Shown here piece by piece: positions 6,360 through 10,984 of a stretch of DNA of 10,984 nucleotides. Numbering within the stretch: position 1 is the stretch's first letter; the number at the start of each line of letters is the position of its first letter. Position numbers and translations under genes: made by a program. The notes below the pieces were generated by a model, which was given only the letters and a program-made list of their open reading frames with translations, did not search any database and had not been told where the DNA came from. Origin of the DNA: Armatimonadota bacterium (GTDB taxonomy: Bacteria > Armatimonadota > Fimbriimonadia > Fimbriimonadales > GBS-DC); contig JBBIJY010000044.1 of assembly GCA_037445735.1 (NCBI GenBank), positions 1 to 10,984 of the forward strand, in the 5' to 3' direction.

Positions 6360-7550
6360 ATGATTCGAAAATGGCATGCCTGGTGGGCACTTGTTTCCAT
6401 GTTCACAGTGGCGGGGCTTACAATACGGTTCTCGATCGCTGCTTGTAGTGAGACTTCTAAGAGCGAGTTGGCTGATTGGAGTGCAAAGCGTCAACAAGTT
6501 GCTCGTAGTCACACTTTTATCTGGAATGTGGCGGGTATGCTGCATATTCCTAAGGAGGCTGTTTGGGGGAATATGATAAGTACTTTACTAATTGCTCAAA
6601 AAATATTAGAACAAAAAATTTCGTCAGCTTCTGAACAAGTTAATTGGTGGAAATATAATATTTCAATGATTAATCCACCGCAAATGGATTTATTTGCTTC
6701 TGGAATATCAGAAAACTATATTATTACCAATAGTCCGCACATTGTTCACATTGCCGCATATAGGGAAAGACTGGCTTCTTATGAGGCTACTGACAAAATT
6801 GCGGAGACCTTCGAAGTTTACTTTCAAAACGAGCTCGTTGTTCATTTGCGTAATCAGGGTTCGGTAGTCGCGGATATTGCGCTCCATCCTGCAGGTACTG
6901 TCAGCATGGGTGATCCTTTCGAAACCTTTATAGGACCGGCATTTTTAGTTTTTCTGGCGGGTGTTCCTCCTCTCTGTATGTTTGCTGGCAGCGAGAAAGA
7001 CTGGCAGTTAGTCGCCACGACTCCTGATGAATGGGTTTATGAGCGCAAAACCCCTGATAATTGGGAGTTAGAACTTCATGTAAGTCGAATCCACAAAGGG
7101 GCCCCAAAGAGCCTTCTGATGCGTCGTACTGGTGCCCAGTTCTATTGGAATGTGCTGCAATTCACTCAAATTGATGGACAATGGTTTCCATTAGAAATAG
7201 AAATGATATATGAATATTATGACTTAACAACCCCTGCGACTCGTGAGGATATTGAGAAGATTTTAGAAAACTATATCGTGAAAGATGATAATGGAAGAGA
7301 GCAGGCGATCGTTTCTCTACCCTTACATCGTTGCAGCAGACCCTCTATGAGTAGGCGTCGCTACATGTTGGTTAGTGCCAAGCCAGCGAGCACCGCCTGT
7401 TTCACGCTGCCTCAGGGTACCTTCGTGCGTGATTGGCGATTAAGCGGTGGTAACCTCTGGCACAAGGGAAATGGAATAGTGGTCGAATACACATGGGAAG
7501 GTTTTCTACCAGACCTAGAAACACTGAATCAGAAGGCGCATGCCAAATAG
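6360..7550 (+). CDS. Exported or membrane-anchored hypothetical protein (396 aa)
   Basis: Long open frame in AT-richer DNA with SD GGAGG 6346-6350. N-terminal signal-like segment MIRKWHAWWALVSMFTVAGLTI followed by lipobox-like IAAC; the body looks rich in beta-strands. No family recognised. Confidence 0.75.
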   Translation: MIRKWHAWWALVSMFTVAGLTIRFSIAACSETSKSELADWSAKRQQVARSHTFIWNVAGMLHIPKEAVWGNMISTLLIAQKILEQKISSASEQVNWWKYNISMINPPQMDLFASGISENYIITNSPHIVHIAAYRERLASYEATDKIAETFEVYFQNELVVHLRNQGSVVADIALHPAGTVSMGDPFETFIGPAFLVFLAGVPPLCMFAGSEKDWQLVATTPDEWVYERKTPDNWELELHVSRIHKGAPKSLLMRRTGAQFYWNVLQFTQIDGQWFPLEIEMIYEYYDLTTPATREDIEKILENYIVKDDNGREQAIVSLPLHRCSRPSMSRRRYMLVSAKPASTACFTLPQGTFVRDWRLSGGNLWHKGNGIVVEYTWEGFLPDLETLNQKAHAK

Positions 7551-7557
7551 AGTGGAT

Positions 7558-8793
7558 TCAACGGTGTTGAGCTTCACGAGGATTCACCTCCTCTAACTGA
7601 TGCAGAGCCGACTCGTACTGTTCTATCAGGTGGTGGACGACTTCGCGCACGGGCTGGGGGTTCGCGCCAGCGGCGCTGGGGGTGATAATCTGGCGGATGG
7701 CATTCAGCGGGTGTTTACGGCGCCTGGCAACCGATAGCAGCCAGTCGCATGCCTGGTCGGGCGGCAGGTGCGTGTCGTAGCCGTTGATCTGCAGGAAGGT
7801 CAGCACGCCAATCAGCGCAGTGCCCGGATTGCCGCGCGCGAAGGGGCGATAGGTCAGATAGCCCCACAGGAACCGCGCCGCCTGCAACGGTACATCCATG
7901 CTCTGGCGATAGCTGTATTGATAGCAGGTCGCCTCCTCTAAGCGGTCGTAGTTGTATGGCTGGGGCGCGCCTGTGATTTCGGTGTTAATCCAGATGAGGT
8001 CCTGCACGGTGAGGTATCGCCAGCGCGAGGCGGGACCGGGCACGGGCTGCGGGCTGACAGGCATCATGGCGGGCAGGGTGTCGCGCTGTGCGAGCTGCTG
8101 CCTTTCCCGAAGCGCTCGCTCCGCCCGCACCAGCGAATCGCGATAATCGGCAATCATCTGCTCAATCAGGTCGGCATAGGTGAGGCGAGTCGTGCTCTCG
8201 TCGGGCTGAAGGGACAACGATGCCCATTCACCTGATAGCAACCGTTCGGCTGCCTCATCAGGCGAGAGCGTGGCGCGGAAGCCGTTCGCGCCCAGAAACG
8301 CCAGCGCTGCAATCGATGCGGTGGTGGCGTTGTATTCGCGAAACGGCTGCAGGGTGTTGAGCGCATCAAAAAGCGCGGCGGCTCGCTGAAGTGCGTCCGC
8401 ATCAGGCGGGGTCAGCATCGTTAGTAGTCGCGCACGGTTCAGGCGGTCGGCGTCGCACTCGGGCGGCGCGAGGCAGATGCGCTCGTTGATCAGCTGGAGG
8501 TCGCTCGCGGTGGGATAGCGCCAGCGGTCGCGCTGAACCGCCGCGCGCCGAATCGCCCTGCCGTGCGCTTCAAGCTGCTCCAGCAGAATGGGCAGAGTCT
8601 CATGGTTCAGCGGTCGCGCCGCTTGAAAGGCATCTAACAGGCTCTCCTGCAGCGGTTCGTCCAGTGCGTCCAGCCCTGTGTTCACCGCCTGCAGCCAGCG
8701 GGCAAGTTCCAGCCAGGCGGGTGAGCCATCCGTCAATATCTTCTCCCGCAGGCTATCGGTCAACTCCATGAGTGTATCGCGTAGTGCGTCCAT
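7558..8793 (-). CDS. Protein with two degenerate Fic/Doc (Fido) domains (411 aa from MDALRDTL)
   Basis: Two similar modules: WRYPTASDLQLINERI...AAALFDALNTLQPFREYNATTASIAALAFLGANG and WRYLTVQDLIWINTEI...AARFLWGYLTYRPFARGNPGTALIGVLTFLQINGY, resembling the Doc core HPFxDGNKRTA...FL..NG. The start could instead be the Met 8 codons downstream. Confidence 0.8.
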   Translation of the reverse strand: MDALRDTLMELTDSLREKILTDGSPAWLELARWLQAVNTGLDALDEPLQESLLDAFQAARPLNHETLPILLEQLEAHGRAIRRAAVQRDRWRYPTASDLQLINERICLAPPECDADRLNRARLLTMLTPPDADALQRAAALFDALNTLQPFREYNATTASIAALAFLGANGFRATLSPDEAAERLLSGEWASLSLQPDESTTRLTYADLIEQMIADYRDSLVRAERALRERQQLAQRDTLPAMMPVSPQPVPGPASRWRYLTVQDLIWINTEITGAPQPYNYDRLEEATCYQYSYRQSMDVPLQAARFLWGYLTYRPFARGNPGTALIGVLTFLQINGYDTHLPPDQACDWLLSVARRRKHPLNAIRQIITPSAAGANPQPVREVVHHLIEQYESALHQLEEVNPREAQHR

Positions 8794-8806
8794 CGTGCCG
8801 TTGAGA

Positions 8807-8814
8807 ATTGTACC
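8807..8814 (-). promoter_or_regulatory. Putative -10 element (GGTACAAT) for the Fic-domain gene
   Basis: Minus strand reads GGTACAAT, 13 nt, ATG(8793), with no SD. Confidence 0.45.
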
Positions 8815-8874
8815 TGCCTGCTGACAGGAAGAGGCGCACGGGCGGTGAACTATCCGCATCGGAGGGATGTACCG

Positions 8875-9597
8875 ATGGAACAGCTGTTTGCGGGTCAGGT
8901 CGCGCTGATCACAGGTGGCGGACGGGGTATTGGCGCATGTATCGCTCGCCTGCTAACGCAACAGGGCGCTCAGGTGATGCTTGTTGCCCGCACCGAGAGC
9001 CAGCTTCAGCAGGTTGCGGGTCAGATTGAGGCGGCGGGCGGCAGGGCGTTTTATTGTGTTGCCGATGTCGCCGACGAGCCAGCCATTCGCGCAGCGATTG
9101 AGCGCACGCGCCAGCTCACCGGGCGAATCGATATCCTGATCAATAACGCTGGCTCGGCGCGGGCGGGACTCATCGAACAGAGCGATCCTGCCGAGTGGTG
9201 GCAGGTGGTGGAGAGCAACCTGAAGGGGCTGTACCTGACCACGCGATTCACGCTGCCGATTATGCTGGAGCAGGGGCGGGGACAGATTGTGAACATGCTC
9301 ACGATTGCTGCCAGTCGCGCCTTCACGGGCTTGAGCGCGTACAGCTGCGCCAAAGCTGCCGGGCTGATGTTCACGCGCGTTCTCTCTAAAGAGGTGCGCA
9401 AGCGTGGCATTCGGGTCACGGCGGTGTTGCCGGGCGCGGTGGACACCGTGCTGTGGGATGCGTTCCCGACCGCGCCCGAACGCGAGCGCATGATCCGACC
9501 TGAAACCGTCGCCCGGATTGTGGTGCAGATTCTCGCCACACCACCGGACGCCAGCATCGACGAGATTGTCATTCTGCCGCCAGAGGGCATTCTGTAG
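8875..9597 (+). CDS. Classical short-chain dehydrogenase/reductase (240 aa), likely NADP(H)-preferring
   Basis: [15 protein letters not shown], catalytic YSCAK (YxxxK) and PGAVDT. Basic Arg in LVART at the cofactor-specificity position. SD GGAGG 8861-8865 before ATG 8875. Confidence 0.93.
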   Translation: MEQLFAGQVALITGGGRGIGACIARLLTQQGAQVMLVARTESQLQQVAGQIEAAGGRAFYCVADVADEPAIRAAIERTRQLTGRIDILINNAGSARAGLIEQSDPAEWWQVVESNLKGLYLTTRFTLPIMLEQGRGQIVNMLTIAASRAFTGLSAYSCAKAAGLMFTRVLSKEVRKRGIRVTAVLPGAVDTVLWDAFPTAPERERMIRPETVARIVVQILATPPDASIDEIVILPPEGIL

Positions 9598-9600
9598 CGG

Positions 9601-9608
9601 GGTATACT
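9601..9608 (+). promoter_or_regulatory. Putative -10 element (GGTATACT) for a near-leaderless trpB transcript
   Basis: GGTATACT-cgcctgcg-ATG(9617) in the 19-nt gap after the SDR stop, with no canonical SD. Confidence 0.5.
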
Positions 9609-9616
9609 CGCCTGCG

Positions 9617-10813
9617 ATGACCTACACACTGCCTGATGAGAAGGGTTATTTCGGTCGGTATGGGGGGCGATATGTGCCTGAAACGCTCATTCCTGCCCTG
9701 GAGGAGCTGACCGACGCCTACCTGCGCTTTCGCGATGACCCCGACTTCCAGCGCGAGCTGAACTACTATCTGATCACCTTTGCAGGGCGCCCGACGCCGC
9801 TCTATTTCGCGTTCAATCTCAGTCGGGCGACGGGTCATCAGGTCTATCTGAAGCGTGAGGACCTGTGCCACACGGGAGCGCACAAAATCAATAATGCGCT
9901 GGGTCAGGCGTTGCTGGCGCGTAAGATGGGCAAACGGCGCATTATCGCCGAAACGGGCGCGGGTCAGCACGGCGTCGCGACTGCCACCGCCTGCGCCCTG
10001 CTGGGACTGGAGTGCGAAATCTATATGGGTGCGGAAGACATGGCGCGGCAGGCGCTGAATGTGTTCCGCATGCAGCTGCTGGGCGCGAAGGTGCATCCCG
10101 TCCGGAGCGGCACCGCCACGCTCAAAGACGCCACCAGCGAAGCCATCCGCGACTGGGTCACCAATGTGCGCACGACCCATTATATCATCGGCTCCTGCGT
10201 GGGACCGCATCCGTATCCATCGATGGTGCGCGATTTTCAGGCGGTGATCGGGCGCGAGGCGCGGGAGCAGATTGTCGCCTACGCAGGTCGCCTGCCCGAT
10301 GTGGTGCTGGCGTGTGTGGGCGGCGGCAGTAATGCGATTGGAATCTTCTATCCCTTTATTGAGGATGAAACGGTGCGCCTGATCGGGGTGGAGGCGGCGG
10401 GCAGGGGACTCGAAACGGGCGAGCATGCTGCCAGCCTCGTCGCGGGCGAGTACGGCATCCTGCACGGCAGCGCAAGCCTCATCCTGCAGGACGAGAACGG
10501 GCAGATTCGCACCACGCACTCGGTCTCCGCAGGGCTGGACTATCCGGGCGTGGGACCCGAGCATGCCTATCTGAAGGAGATTGGGCGGGCGGAGTATGTG
10601 GCGGTTTCGGACGAGCAGGCGCTGGGCGCGTTCGCGTGGCTGGCGCGACACGAGGGCATCATCCCCGCGCTGGAGTGCGCCCACGCCTTCGCCTACTTGC
10701 AAACTCTCGCACCCCAGCTGCCCGAAAACTCGGTGATTTTAATCAATCTGTCCGGTCGCGGCGATAAAGATGTGCAGCATGTGGCGCAGCTGATGGCTCA
10801 ATCGAGTGTCTGA
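9617..10813 (+). CDS. trpB: Tryptophan synthase beta subunit (TrpB1 type, 398 aa from MTYTLPD)
   Basis: [18 protein letters not shown]-lysine motif [54 protein letters not shown] and NLSGRGDKD. Confidence 0.97.
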   Translation: MTYTLPDEKGYFGRYGGRYVPETLIPALEELTDAYLRFRDDPDFQRELNYYLITFAGRPTPLYFAFNLSRATGHQVYLKREDLCHTGAHKINNALGQALLARKMGKRRIIAETGAGQHGVATATACALLGLECEIYMGAEDMARQALNVFRMQLLGAKVHPVRSGTATLKDATSEAIRDWVTNVRTTHYIIGSCVGPHPYPSMVRDFQAVIGREAREQIVAYAGRLPDVVLACVGGGSNAIGIFYPFIEDETVRLIGVEAAGRGLETGEHAASLVAGEYGILHGSASLILQDENGQIRTTHSVSAGLDYPGVGPEHAYLKEIGRAEYVAVSDEQALGAFAWLARHEGIIPALECAHAFAYLQTLAPQLPENSVILINLSGRGDKDVQHVAQLMAQSSV

Positions 10814-10914
10814 CCTTCATGAAGGTGCAGGAGAAGCCGCCCGCCAGGTTTAATCCCAACCAGCAGGAATCGCGCTGAACAAGGCGAATCGATATGCTAT
10901 AGCAGGAGGCAACG

Positions 10915-10984
10915 ATGCCTGCCCGGTGTGAGGCTCGGATTGTTGATAAGCGGGCAGAGCGCTCACGCGATAGCGCTCTCGTCC
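10915..10984 (+). CDS. Start of an unidentified ORF (MPARCEARIVDKRAERSRDSALV...), truncated by the window edge
   Basis: Strong SD AGGAGG (10904-10909) 5 nt before ATG 10915; frame open to the end; too short to assign. Confidence 0.45.
   Translation, partial: MPARCEARIVDKRAERSRDSALV

Noticed and set aside
7551-7557. Terminator or att site at the convergent junction between the cassette and the Fic gene
   Set aside because: The gap is only 7 nt; I found no hairpin and no repeat matching the left side of the cassette.
9289-9312. Thr in place of the usual catalytic Ser in the SDR (NMLTIAA)
   Set aside because: Conservative change with YxxxK intact; not enough to claim unusual chemistry.

Overview
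Bacterial chromosomal window, mostly GC-rich. Minus strand, in transcription order: gltX (3371-4834), a putative Type II restriction endonuclease and an N4-cytosine DNA methyltransferase wedged between the housekeeping genes, argF (368-1336), and the 5' part of an SIS-domain gene. Upstream of gltX is a 168-bp MITE-like element (18-bp terminal inverted repeats, near-perfect 9-bp flanking direct repeat, internal palindrome). It is followed by a divergent, lower-GC cassette: a small sigma-70-family factor whose best start codon is put out of frame by a G10 tract, a secreted 10-Cys protein, and a 396-aa exported protein of unknown function. Next come a protein with two degenerate Fic/Doc domains (-), an SDR (+), a trpB with no adjacent trpA (+) and the start of another ORF. 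Main observations: (1) a candidate poly-G ON/OFF switch in a sigma factor that may control a secreted-protein cassette; (2) on manual reading, ACGT is absent from the window and GGCC occurs once, giving candidate specificities for the R-M pair; (3) the MITE; (4) the tandem pseudo-Fic protein; (5) a recurring GGTAnnnT -10 motif with apparently leaderless genes. All calls come from manual reading, with no database searches.
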